From Spirochaetota bacterium (lineage in GTDB: Bacteria; Spirochaetota; GWB1-36-13; JAKPDD01), in contig JAKPDD010000043.1 of the NCBI GenBank assembly GCA_029552945.1, positions 6,516 through 70,515 on the forward strand: DNA of 64,000 nucleotides, written 5' to 3'. The translations under genes and the position numbers were made by a program. The notes beneath the pieces were generated by a model. The model was not told the origin of the DNA. It saw only the letters and a program-made list of their open reading frames with translations, and ran no database searches. Shown here piece after piece: positions 20,208 to 28,862 of this stretch. How positions within the stretch are numbered: the stretch's first letter is position 1; every line of letters begins with the position of its first letter.

Positions 20208-20243
20208 GAGAGAGGTACCGCTGTCCAGGAAGGTATCTCTCTC
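20208..20243. other. GC-rich 12-bp-stem hairpin in divergent intergenic region (candidate structured RNA or regulatory element)
   Basis: GAGAGAGGTACC-12 nt-GGTATCTCTCTC has 11 Watson-Crick pairs plus one G-T. It is an isolated GC-rich patch in an otherwise AT-rich 237-bp spacer. Confidence 0.3.
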
Positions 20244-20364
20244 AAGAAGGAGTACGCAAACACATTTATTATTTTCGAGCATTTTTGAAATTCATTAATA
20301 TTTTTTTTATTTGTAAAATTGTTTTAAATTTTTTAATATCTTAAAATATTTCTGGGAGAGTCTT

Positions 20365-21687
20365 ATGTTTAAAAAAATTACCTTTTTTTCTATTTTATTT
20401 TTTACTTTTTCTTGTTCAAAGGGGAAATTACTAGGAACAATAGAAGGTAATAAAATTTATTCACAAAATTTTAAAAATGAATTAGTAAAAGAGTATGCTT
20501 TTAACGCTGATAAACTTGATGAGGGGGCTATAAATTCTATATTTAGAGAATATGCTACAAATTATGTTTTTATGAAAGAAGGTGAGGCTATAAACTTTTT
20601 TGAAAAACCTGAGATTAAGGAAAGTATTGAGAAAAAAAAGAACTCTATAATAAAAATGCACATAGGAAAAATGTTATGGGAAAAAGATATTGCTCCAAAT
20701 ATTAATCTTACTGATAAGGATTATGAACCGTATTCAAAGAAGTTTAAATTAAGACATATACTTGTTACAACTGAATCTAGGAGAAGAGATGAGGCAATTA
20801 AAATAATAAATGAAGTTATGAATAAATTAAAAGCTGGAGAGAGTTTTGATGAACTTGCAAGAAAATACTCTGAAGACCCTGGAAGCAAAGATAAAGGTGG
20901 AGACCTTGGTTGGAATGATGCATCTACCCCTTTTGTTGTTGAGTTTCATAAGGCTGTTTTTAATGATAGTGTTAAAAAAGGCGATTTAATAGGCCCTGTT
21001 GAAACTGGTTATGGTTTTCATATAATACTTATTGAAGACCAGAAATTGGAAGATATTAACTCACTTAAAAATAATAAAAGTCTTAAAGATAAACTTACCA
21101 AAAGTAAAGCAGCTGATTATGCTAAGAACTATATGGAGATGCTAAGAGAAAAGTATAAAAATAATATTGAGTTTTATCCAGAAAGGCTTAAAGAACCTGA
21201 AAAATATAAAAATGAGTATCTTTATAGAATTAAAAATGGCCCAGAGATTAAAGTAGGGGATGCTATTAATATTTTAGGTAATTTTAATTACCAGAAAGAT
21301 ATAGAAAAACTTAAAGAGAATATAAAAAGAGAGCTTATTGATCCTGAATTAAGACTTATGGAGGCTAAAGAGAAGGGATATCATAATGATGAAACTATTC
21401 AAAAATATATAAAGTTCGACATAATGCTGTTTAAAGGTCAGATATATAGAGAATATTTAAGGAATAAATATTTAGAGGAAGAAAAAAATAACATAAAAGA
21501 TGAAGATATTAAGAATTTTTATGAACAGAATAAGGAGAGATATAAAGATAAAAAGAATAACTATATTAAGTTTGATAATGTTAAAGAGTGGGTAAAAGAT
21601 GATATTGTTTTTAATAGGGTTGCATCTAAAATGGCTAATACAACGGCTGAGCTCTTTAGAAAATATAAAACTGAAATTAATATATAA
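20365..21687 (+). CDS. PpiC/parvulin-type peptidyl-prolyl isomerase lipoprotein (PrsA/SurA-like)
   Basis: Lipobox FSC. The parvulin core reads FKLRHILV..ARKYSEDPGSKDKGGDLGW..GYGFHIILIED. Confidence 0.85.
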   Translation: MFKKITFFSILFFTFSCSKGKLLGTIEGNKIYSQNFKNELVKEYAFNADKLDEGAINSIFREYATNYVFMKEGEAINFFEKPEIKESIEKKKNSIIKMHIGKMLWEKDIAPNINLTDKDYEPYSKKFKLRHILVTTESRRRDEAIKIINEVMNKLKAGESFDELARKYSEDPGSKDKGGDLGWNDASTPFVVEFHKAVFNDSVKKGDLIGPVETGYGFHIILIEDQKLEDINSLKNNKSLKDKLTKSKAADYAKNYMEMLREKYKNNIEFYPERLKEPEKYKNEYLYRIKNGPEIKVGDAINILGNFNYQKDIEKLKENIKRELIDPELRLMEAKEKGYHNDETIQKYIKFDIMLFKGQIYREYLRNKYLEEEKNNIKDEDIKNFYEQNKERYKDKKNNYIKFDNVKEWVKDDIVFNRVASKMANTTAELFRKYKTEINI

Positions 21688-21780
21688 TTAAGATTATTTT
21701 TTAAATAACTATTGTAATTCTGGTTTTTAAGTTTATGAATAATTCAATTGTTGATTAGATAAAAAAATTATGGGGTTAAA

Positions 21781-22746
21781 ATGGTACTTATAACTGGTGC
21801 AACTGGCTTTGTTGGCCAAAATCTTGTTCCAGAACTTATAAGGAGAGGTTACAGAATATCTGCATTATTAAGGCCTGATTCTAATATCAGGCATATAAAA
21901 GACTTTAATATTGATATAAAGGTAGCAAGCCCATTTAATCAAATAGAAATAGGCAGTGCAGTAAAAAATATAGAATATATTATTCATTGTGCAGGTGCCT
22001 TAAAAGGTGTAAAGTGGGAAGATTATTATAAGGGGAATTTTTTATATACTAAAAACCTTGTTGAAAGTGTTAAAAAATATAATAATGGATTAAAAAAGTT
22101 CATATTTATAAGTTCTCAGGCAGCAGCAGGGCCATCAGGTGAAGTCCCAAAAAATGAAAATGATAAAGATAATCCTATAAGTTATTATGGTAAGTCTAAA
22201 TTGTTAGCAGAAGATGTGCTTAAAACATCAGGTTTACCTTATATAATTTTAAGACCTTCGAGTATATATGGCCCAGGTGATACTGAGTTTTTGCCACTTT
22301 TTAAAATGGCATTAAAAAGAATACATCTTTTAATAAATAAAGGAAGAAATAAGATAAATCTCCTTTATATAAAGGACTTTATTAATGCTATAATACTTTC
22401 AATGGAGAGTAATATTGTAAATAAAACTTATTATGTTTCTGATGGTAAGGAGTATTATTGGAAAGATATATGTCATATTGTCAGTAATGTTGTTGGTAAG
22501 AAACCTGTTTTTTGGGGTGTACCTAATCTTTTTGCAAAATTAATTGGAAATATAAATAGTGTTTTAGGAAAGATTATTGGTAAACCATTTCTTTTAAATA
22601 GAGATAAAATAAAAGAGGGACTTTGCAGGTATTGGTTGTTTGATATAACATCTATAAAAAATGAAATTGGTTTTTTGCCATCAGTTTTTCCAGAAGAGGG
22701 TTTTAAGGAAGCTTATAAGTTTTATATTGATAAGGGATGGTTATGA
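21781..22746 (+). CDS. NAD-dependent epimerase/dehydratase (SDR) family protein
   Basis: Contains the GATGFVG Rossmann motif and YYGKSK (YxxxK). Confidence 0.85.
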   Translation: MVLITGATGFVGQNLVPELIRRGYRISALLRPDSNIRHIKDFNIDIKVASPFNQIEIGSAVKNIEYIIHCAGALKGVKWEDYYKGNFLYTKNLVESVKKYNNGLKKFIFISSQAAAGPSGEVPKNENDKDNPISYYGKSKLLAEDVLKTSGLPYIILRPSSIYGPGDTEFLPLFKMALKRIHLLINKGRNKINLLYIKDFINAIILSMESNIVNKTYYVSDGKEYYWKDICHIVSNVVGKKPVFWGVPNLFAKLIGNINSVLGKIIGKPFLLNRDKIKEGLCRYWLFDITSIKNEIGFLPSVFPEEGFKEAYKFYIDKGWL

Positions 22747-24032
22747 GTGATTATATAAAGGATATTATATTTAACACAATTGAACTAATAAAAATACCAA
22801 GTGTTGAAAGCCAACCAGAGCAAGATTCTCCTTTTGGTGATGGTGTAAAAAAAGCACTTAATTATGTTTTGAAATTATCTGAAAACTTAGGAATGAGGGT
22901 CTTTAATATTAATAATTATATAGGTTTTTCTGAGGTTGGAGTAGGTAATGAAATGATAGGTATAGCATGCCATGTTGATGTTGTTCCTGTTGATGAGAAT
23001 AAGTGGAGTTTCCCACCTTTTCAAGGTGTTGTAGTCGATGATAAGATTTATGGTAGAGGGGCTCTTGATGATAAAGGTCCTACTATAGCAGCTATCTTTG
23101 CTTTAAGAAAACTTATGGATGATATGGATAAAATTAACAAGAGAATAAGAATAATATTTTCTTGTGATGAGGAGAGTGGTTGGCAAGATATAAAGTTCTA
23201 TAAAGATAGAGAAAGAGACCCTGATTTTGTTATTGTTCCAGATGCTATGTTTCCTGTTATAAACGCTGAAAAAGGAATTATACATTTAAAAATTGTTATA
23301 AAAAATCCTTACAAATGGCTTATTGATATTAAGGGTGGAGAACATGTTAATGTTGTTCCAAGTGAGTGTAAGGTAGTTTTCTCAAATCAGATTAAGGATA
23401 TTATTAATCTTAAGGATAATGAAGAACCTGTAAGAGTATTTAAAGGAAAATCAGCACATGCGAGTATGCCTGAAAAAGGAGAAAATGCTATATTAAAAGC
23501 ACTTTTTTTTATTTCTGAAATTGAGGAAGAGATTGAGAATAATAATTTTTTTAAAAATATTATTTCTGTTTTAGATACATCGAAAAATAAAGAATTACAA
23601 TTAAGTGATTATTCCGGTAATTTAACATTGAATTTAGGTAAAATAGAGATTGAAAATAATAATCTTAATATCTATATTGATATAAGATATCCTGTAACTT
23701 ATTTAAAAGAAGATATATTATCAAGGATTAAAAGAGATTTTGAAGATTTATATCTAATTGATTATCATGCTCCGCTTTATGTCTCTATTGATGACAAATA
23801 CATAAAATCTCTTGAAAATGTTTTTACCTCTTATACAGGTAAGGAGTTTAAACCTATAAGTATAGGTGGAGGAACTCTTGCAAGGGCTTTTAAAAAAGCA
23901 GTTGCTTTTGGTCCTTTACTTGATATTAATGATAATGTGGCTCATAGAGAGGATGAGTATATTAAAATAGAATCTCTTATAGATACTTATAATATCTATT
24001 ATCTTTCACTTAAGGAGATGTTAAATATATAA
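22737..24032 (+). CDS. M20-family dipeptidase (PepV/Sapep-like)
   Basis: Contains CHVDVVP, KIYGRGALDDKGP and CDEESGW. The ATG at 22743 is better spaced from the AAGGG RBS than the ATG at 22737. Confidence 0.85.
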   Translation: MVMSDYIKDIIFNTIELIKIPSVESQPEQDSPFGDGVKKALNYVLKLSENLGMRVFNINNYIGFSEVGVGNEMIGIACHVDVVPVDENKWSFPPFQGVVVDDKIYGRGALDDKGPTIAAIFALRKLMDDMDKINKRIRIIFSCDEESGWQDIKFYKDRERDPDFVIVPDAMFPVINAEKGIIHLKIVIKNPYKWLIDIKGGEHVNVVPSECKVVFSNQIKDIINLKDNEEPVRVFKGKSAHASMPEKGENAILKALFFISEIEEEIENNNFFKNIISVLDTSKNKELQLSDYSGNLTLNLGKIEIENNNLNIYIDIRYPVTYLKEDILSRIKRDFEDLYLIDYHAPLYVSIDDKYIKSLENVFTSYTGKEFKPISIGGGTLARAFKKAVAFGPLLDINDNVAHREDEYIKIESLIDTYNIYYLSLKEMLNI

Positions 24033-24889
24033 TGTTATATGATTATCCACTTTTTAGACCACCAAGTGAAGCAGATAGTTTAATTATTCAGGCTTCAATA
24101 GGTTGTTCTCATAATAAGTGTTTATTCTGTTACATGTATAAATCAAAAACTTTTAGATTAAGGGCTCTTGATGATATAAAAGTTGAAATAGAAAATATTT
24201 CAAAGTATGTTAATCCTAAGAAAATATTTATTGCAGATGGTGATGTACTTGCTGCTGATACAGATTATATTATATCTTTACTGAATTTGTTAAGATATTA
24301 TTATCCTAGTGTTAAAAGGATTTCATGTTATGGTAGTGCATCTAATATAATTAAAAAGTCAGATAATGAATTATCAGAATTAAAAAGCCTTGGGCTTAAT
24401 CTTGTGTATATAGGACTTGAAAGTGGAGATGATAAAGTTTTAGAGTTTATGCATAAGGGTAGTTCTGTTAAGGATAATATTGAATCAGTAATAAGACTTA
24501 AAAAGGCAGGTATTAAAACTTCTGTTATGGCTATACTTGGATTGGGTGGTAAGGATAGAACATTAGAGCATGCTATTAATACTGGTAGGGCTGTATCTTT
24601 GATGAATCCTGATTTTTTTTCAACTCTTACCCTTATTGTAGATAATGCATCACCTCTTTATCCATTAGTTCGAAATGGTATGTTTAAACTTTTAACTGAT
24701 GATAAATTACTTATTGAACATATCAGAATAATTGAAAATATAGAGGGTAAAAATATAATATTCAGGTCTAATCATGCATCAAATCTTATCAGTATAGGAG
24801 GTATTTTATCAAGGGATAAAGAAGATATAATAAATAATATTAATTCTTTTTTAAAAACTAAAAATTACAGAAAAACAAGGTTGCTATAA
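24032..24889 (+). CDS. radical SAM protein
   Basis: FRPPSEADSLIIQASIGCSHNKCLFCYMY cluster motif plus GLESGDD. The ATG overlaps the upstream TAA (TAATG). Confidence 0.8.
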   Translation: MLYDYPLFRPPSEADSLIIQASIGCSHNKCLFCYMYKSKTFRLRALDDIKVEIENISKYVNPKKIFIADGDVLAADTDYIISLLNLLRYYYPSVKRISCYGSASNIIKKSDNELSELKSLGLNLVYIGLESGDDKVLEFMHKGSSVKDNIESVIRLKKAGIKTSVMAILGLGGKDRTLEHAINTGRAVSLMNPDFFSTLTLIVDNASPLYPLVRNGMFKLLTDDKLLIEHIRIIENIEGKNIIFRSNHASNLISIGGILSRDKEDIINNINSFLKTKNYRKTRLL

Positions 24890-24979
24890 AGTTTTTAAAA
24901 TTTTAAATATTAAATTTCGAAATTTAAAATTATTTGCTATTTTATATATTTAAAAATTAAAATATAAAATGAGGTTAAT

Positions 24980-25951
24980 TTGAAAATAAAGTTTTGGGGT
25001 ACTACAGGCTCAATCCCTTCTCGTTTTCGAAATTCAGAGCTTAAGGATTTACTCATAAATGCTATTAAATTAGGTGCTGAATTAAAACCTAAAACTGATG
25101 ATGAAATAAAAAATATTTATGATTCTCTACACTTGCATAAAAAGGCACAATTTTTAGGTAATACATCATGTGTTGAAATTCAGGGATTACCGGAAGTTTT
25201 TATACTTGATGCTGGAAGTAGTATAAGGAATCTTGGTATTAATTTACTTAATAATACTCCGGAAAATAAACATATACACATATTTATTTCTCATTTTCAT
25301 TGGGACCATATAATAGGGCTTCCATTCCTCCCTCAACTTTATATGAAAGATTATACTATTACTTTTTATTCATCTCATCCTAATATAGAAGAAAAATTAA
25401 AGGATCAGCAGGTATATCACCATTTTCCTGTAGCTTTTGAAGAGACAGCTTCAAAAAAGGAGTTTGTAAATATAGAACCAGGTAAAGAGTATAAATTAGA
25501 ATATTTTACACTTACCAGCAAACCTTTAAGACACCCAGGTGGTTCTTACGCATACAGATTTGACTTTAATAATGGAAAGTCTTTTGTTTACGCTACTGAT
25601 GGTGAATAGCCTACTAAAGAACTATCTAAAGATAAATTCGAAGATTATGCCAATTTTTACAAGAATGTTGATGTGCTTATATTTGATGCACAGTATAGTT
25701 TTAAAGAAGCAGAAATATCAAAGGCAGATTGGGGTCATTCTTCCCCTAATATTGGAGTTGAACTTGCAATAGAAGCTGATATTAAACACCTTGTGCTTTT
25801 TCATCATGAACCTTCAAGTACAAATAGAGAACTTGAAAGAAAATTAACTGAGGCTCGAAAGTATAGAAAGATATACACAACAAATTTTAAGAAAAAAGAA
25901 AATATTCCTCACATAACTCTTGCGGTAGAAGAGGGTGTTATCATATTTTAA
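24980..25951 (+). pseudogene. MBL-fold metallo-hydrolase interrupted by one in-frame TAG (25607-25609)
   Basis: ISHFHWDHIIG (HxHxDH) lies in the 5' part. The 3' ORF (VDVLIFDAQY..WGHSS..LVLFHHEP) is in the same frame, and the sequence between the two reads through cleanly except for the TAG. Confidence 0.7.
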
Positions 25952-25995
25952 AGTTTTTACATTTATTTACTTAGTTTGCCTCTCTTTATTTATAT

Positions 25996-26025
25996 ACTTT
26001 AACCCTGTGTAATTACAGAGTTAAA
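25996..26025. terminator. imperfect hairpin between convergent genes
   Basis: CTTTAACCCTG-8 nt-CAGAGTTAAAG has one C/A mismatch and no clear T run. Confidence 0.3.
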
Positions 26026-26077
26026 GTCACAACATGTTAGTTTTTGCTTACTAAGATTCTTATTTTCAATAAAAAGT

Positions 26078-26419
26078 TTAAAATTTTAATTTTTTATTTT
26101 TTTGGTTTTTTAGATTCAAATGAAATTTATCTATGTTTATATAATTATATACTTTTTTGTCTTCTCCATCTTGAAAAGATACTTGTTCTAAACTTCCTTC
26201 AAGTATTATTGGGAAACCTGGTTTAAGTATATTTTCTACTTTTTCACTTATCTTTTTCCATGATAAGCCTTTGATAAAGTTTGTTTTTTTCTCCCAATTA
26301 CCATTTTCTTTACTGAGAGTTTCGTACGCAATAACAAGACTAAGATATGAATTCCCTTTTTTTGTGTTTCTTCTTTCATTTTTTACTATTCTACCTTCAA
26401 GTATTATTTGGTTTAACAT
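26078..26419 (-). CDS. single-OB-fold SSB-like protein lacking the acidic C-terminal tail
   Basis: MLNQIILEGRIVKNERRNTKKGNSYLSLVIA is an SSB-type N-terminus. The protein is 113 aa and ends in the basic KNQKNKKLKF. Confidence 0.65.
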   Translation of the reverse strand: MLNQIILEGRIVKNERRNTKKGNSYLSLVIAYETLSKENGNWEKKTNFIKGLSWKKISEKVENILKPGFPIILEGSLEQVSFQDGEDKKVYNYINIDKFHLNLKNQKNKKLKF

Positions 26420-26507
26420 CTTTTTACCTCCATTAATTTTATTTTTATTTATTATACTTAAACAACTTAATTATTATTTTTTTTCTTATAAATCCGAAAA
26501 AATATTT

Positions 26508-27173
26508 ATGAAAAAAGTTTTTATAATATATTTTTTATTTTTTAGTCAGTTTTTGTTCAGTAACTGGGAATACGATGAACAGAATAAACAGTTACTATAT
26601 AATGGGCAACCTTTTCCTACTTATTCTCCCGTTTTGACTCCAATAGGTCTATATTATTTTGAAAAGTTTTCGTCTAATGTTTATTATGCCTATGGTTGGT
26701 TCAAAAAAAAACCTGATAAAGAGAGTTTTGATAAAATAACTCCTGATAAAAATAGTGATGAACAGGGATGGTTTATTTATGATGGTAATCTTGATTATCC
26801 ATCTATAGACGGCTGGTTATATTTTCCAGAAAAAAGGTTGTTTGTAAAAATTGATGTTTTTTTTAGATTTTATAACTTAATAGAAAATTATTACTTTAAT
26901 ATTCAAAAATTGGAAAAATATATTTATAATAAAGTTTATAAAAAGCTTTATAGAGTTGAGACAGCATATCTTAGTAAGAAAACAGACTACGTAAGGTTGG
27001 AAACTGAAGATTTTATTATTATTAATTCAAAACTCTCGGGAATTATAGGCCCTAAGTATATTTTTATACTCTATCCTTACTTTAAAAAGATGAAAGAATA
27101 TTATTCTATAAGACTTAAATATTATAGTGATAACAAGTTGGTAAAAATTGAGTTGATAAAGTGTATCCAATAG
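26508..27173 (+). CDS. exported hypothetical protein
   Basis: The tracked ORF starts at 26271, but that part overlaps the SSB-like gene antisense. The internal ATG at 26508 gives MKKVFIIYFLFFSQFLFS, a signal peptide. Confidence 0.55.
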   Translation: MKKVFIIYFLFFSQFLFSNWEYDEQNKQLLYNGQPFPTYSPVLTPIGLYYFEKFSSNVYYAYGWFKKKPDKESFDKITPDKNSDEQGWFIYDGNLDYPSIDGWLYFPEKRLFVKIDVFFRFYNLIENYYFNIQKLEKYIYNKVYKKLYRVETAYLSKKTDYVRLETEDFIIINSKLSGIIGPKYIFILYPYFKKMKEYYSIRLKYYSDNKLVKIELIKCIQ

Positions 27174-27397
27174 ACACACTTTATATATTGATGTGTCAAT
27201 ATATATCATAATGTTTTTTTTACAGTTATTTGAATAGTTAAAATGAAACAGTTCTTAATATAATAAAACTTTTTTTATATGTATTATTAATTAAAAATAG
27301 CTTTATTTTTGTTAAAAAATATTGGGGAAATAATGATTAATCACTATTTTTTAAATAAATTTTTTATTTTGGTAATATTTAAAAATAAATAAAATAT

Positions 27398-27412
27398 TGG
27401 CACGAAAAATGA
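27398..27412 (+). promoter_or_regulatory. candidate sigma-54-type -24/-12 element
   Basis: TGGCACG-aaaa-ATGA lies 49 nt upstream of the ATG at 27461. The GG is at consensus spacing from the TG, but the -12 C is replaced by A. Confidence 0.3.
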
Positions 27413-27460
27413 TATATATAATTAACCTAAAAATAAAAATTAATAAACAGGAGGAATGGC

Positions 27461-27817
27461 ATGGATATGAATGCTAAATTACAAGAACTTTTAAAAGTTT
27501 CAAGAGAAAGCTACTTAGAAAGTATAAAGGCTCTTTCTAAGTTACAAGAAGAAACTGAAAAGATAATAACAACTATGACTCAGAAATCTACAAGCTTCAG
27601 AGATGAAAGTATGAAGCTTATACAAAACTGGATAGACTCTTCAAACAAAATAAGAGAAGAGTTCCAAAAAATGGTTGAAGAAAACCTTAAAAAAGGTGCT
27701 GAATTAATACCAGACTTAAGCTCTATCCAATTCCCATACAAGGCTCAATTTGAAGATATGTACAAAAAGATAGAAGAAAATGTACAAAAATTCTTCGAAA
27801 TGTTCAAGATAAAATAA
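27461..27817 (+). CDS. small helical protein, phasin-like (hypothetical)
   Basis: 118 aa with a strong GGAGGA RBS and its own terminator. All-helical and K/E/Q-rich, with no signal peptide. Confidence 0.55.
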   Translation: MDMNAKLQELLKVSRESYLESIKALSKLQEETEKIITTMTQKSTSFRDESMKLIQNWIDSSNKIREEFQKMVEENLKKGAELIPDLSSIQFPYKAQFEDMYKKIEENVQKFFEMFKIK

Positions 27818-27832
27818 TTTGATAATTGTTTT

Positions 27833-27852
27833 AAGCCCCTCGGGGCTTTTCT
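27833..27852 (+). terminator. rho-independent terminator
   Basis: AAGCCC-ctcg-GGGCTT followed by TTCTTTCT. Confidence 0.75.
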
Positions 27853-27931
27853 TTCTATATTCTTTTTTTAAAAAATAATTTATATTTATTATATTTTAAA
27901 TGTTTAACCTTAATAATTTAAGGAGTATATT

Positions 27932-28462
27932 TTGCTTAAAAACTTTTTTTTAATATCTTTACCAATTGTTTTAATTGATTTAATTACGAAAAAGATTGTT
28001 AAATCAACTTTTAGTTATGGGGAATCAGTTAAAATAATAGGGAATTTTTTAAGATTTACATATATAGAAAATCCTGGTATAGCATTTGGGTTATTTGCTG
28101 ATCACCATCCTTTAAAAAATTTAATACTATTTATAATAGCAATTTTTGCAATATTTTTTATAATCTTTACATTTAAAAACTCAAAGACAAGGTTTCAAAG
28201 AATAAGTTTATCTATAATATTAGGTGGTGCTCTTGGAAATGTTCTGGAGAGACTTTTTGGTTATATAATATATTTTGGTGATTTTAAAATATTTTATGGC
28301 AAAGTAGTTGATTTTATTGATATTGGAATAGGCGAATTAAGGTGGCCATATTTTAATATTGCTGATTCTTCTATAACTATTGGTGTAATTATGTTAATGA
28401 TTTATTATCTGTTTTTCGAAAATAAAATCAATAAAAAAGTAAGCAGTTTAAAAGATGAGTGA
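27932..28462 (+). CDS. lspA: lipoprotein signal peptidase II
   Basis: Contains NPGIAFG, VVDFIDIG and WPYFNIADS. Has 4 TM segments and a TTG start after AAGGAG. Confidence 0.9.
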   Translation: MLKNFFLISLPIVLIDLITKKIVKSTFSYGESVKIIGNFLRFTYIENPGIAFGLFADHHPLKNLILFIIAIFAIFFIIFTFKNSKTRFQRISLSIILGGALGNVLERLFGYIIYFGDFKIFYGKVVDFIDIGIGELRWPYFNIADSSITIGVIMLMIYYLFFENKINKKVSSLKDE

Positions 28463-28862
28463 AAGTAAAAATATAATAGAAAAAATGAGTCATCATTTCC
28501 TTATAAAAGAAGGAATTGACAAAGATGAGAGAATATTTGCTTATGAAATAATACCTTCTGAGTTTTTATCTGATATAAATATAAGTGATTATATTGAGTT
28601 TGTTAATGAAACAATATCATTTAAGTCTGGTGAATGGGTAAGATATATAAAAGAATATCTTTTTACTAATAATCTTTTTTATAAAGATAATGCAAGACTT
28701 TTGAAAGATGAGATTATTTTTTATAAAAAGTTTTTGAGTTTTATTTTTGAAGAGATAAATAAAGAGGAAGGTATAGACGATAAACTTAAAAAAAGACTTC
28801 TTTACGTAATAAATAAAGTTGATAAGTATCTTGAAAAATATTCGTCCTATACATCTTTGTAG
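28455..28862 (+). CDS. hypothetical protein
   Basis: 135-aa ORF overlapping the lspA stop by 8 nt. No recognised motif. Confidence 0.5.
   Translation: MSESKNIIEKMSHHFLIKEGIDKDERIFAYEIIPSEFLSDINISDYIEFVNETISFKSGEWVRYIKEYLFTNNLFYKDNARLLKDEIIFYKKFLSFIFEEINKEEGIDDKLKKRLLYVINKVDKYLEKYSSYTSL

Noticed and set aside
20200-20290. SRP (4.5S) RNA identity for the GC-rich hairpin region, because of CCAGGAAGG and AAGAAGGAG strings.
   Set aside because: I could not fold the conserved helix-8 GNRA tetraloop with its symmetric and asymmetric loops (GGAA closed by a UCC/GGA stem, AGCA on the 3' side). The resemblance is superficial.
25607-25609. Pyrrolysine or reassigned TAG as the explanation for the in-frame stop.
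   Set aside because: TAG terminates several well-defined genes in this window at their expected ends (metG, folD, the TPR gene at 8172-8174). No pyl genes are visible here. This cannot be fully excluded without the whole genome.
25539-25772. A 77-aa ORF bridging the MBL gene break in another frame, considered as a frameshift explanation.
   Set aside because: The two MBL halves are in the same frame and read through cleanly except for the TAG, so no frameshift is needed. The bridging ORF has no MBL-like sequence.
26271-26507. The 5' part of the tracked 300-aa ORF (26271-27173).
   Set aside because: This part is antisense to the SSB-like gene and encodes only hydrophobic low-complexity sequence. 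The internal ATG at 26508 yields a normal signal peptide, so the gene was trimmed.
27188-27209. The ATATATTGA-tgtg-TCAATATAT inverted repeat after the exported orphan gene, considered as a terminator or operator.
   Set aside because: The stem is entirely AT, and the T run is 10 nt away. It is too weak to call either way.
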